Source: Azolla caroliniana | Lineage: Eukaryota > Plantae > Polypodiophyta | DNA length: 64,000 nt | Reading direction: 5' to 3' | Assembly: GCA_043228905.1 (NCBI GenBank) | Contig: JBHGNT010000016.1 | Span: 3,596,001 to 3,660,000, forward strand | Shown: positions 63,952-64,000 of the stretch, piece after piece | How the letters are laid out: each line of letters opens with the position of its first letter | Position numbering within the stretch: the stretch's first letter is position 1 | Notes under the pieces: model-generated | The model's input: the letters and a program-made list of their open reading frames with translations, nothing else | Database searches by the model: none | What the model was told of the DNA's origin: nothing | Translations under genes and position numbers: made by a program

Positions 63952-64000
63952 CTGAGCAAAGATAAATGGAACACAGCATAAAATTTCATCATGTTTTGAA

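Overview
AT-rich land-plant nuclear DNA with GT-AG introns, PLS-class PPR debris and a heavy load of LINE and LTR retrotransposons. The repeat and gene style suggests a fern, but that is inference. Three host genes lie on the minus strand: a two-exon non-specific lipid transfer protein (2368-1460), a two-exon LC8-type dynein light chain with a long N-terminal extension (17261-11590), and the last three exons of a DHHC protein S-acyltransferase (63951-61211). Between them is a three-level nest in which an L1-like LINE was split by an old Copia element (22478-33345, TSD CCAAC), itself split by a young intact Tnt1/Tork-like Copia (25200-30470, LTRs apparently identical, no TSD). A rearranged non-chromoviral Gypsy (47322-53271, TSD ATACT) and several further LINE remnants, a tRNA-derived SINE and tandem duplications are also present. 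The most unusual observations are: (1) the Gypsy carries a tRNA-Arg primer-binding-site-like sequence antisense to its coding strand, where the polypurine tract should be; (2) four dispersed copies of a PPR-fragment mosaic share one LINE-type 3' tail; (3) the young Copia junction looks integrase-independent. All identities and counts were judged by eye; no searches were run.
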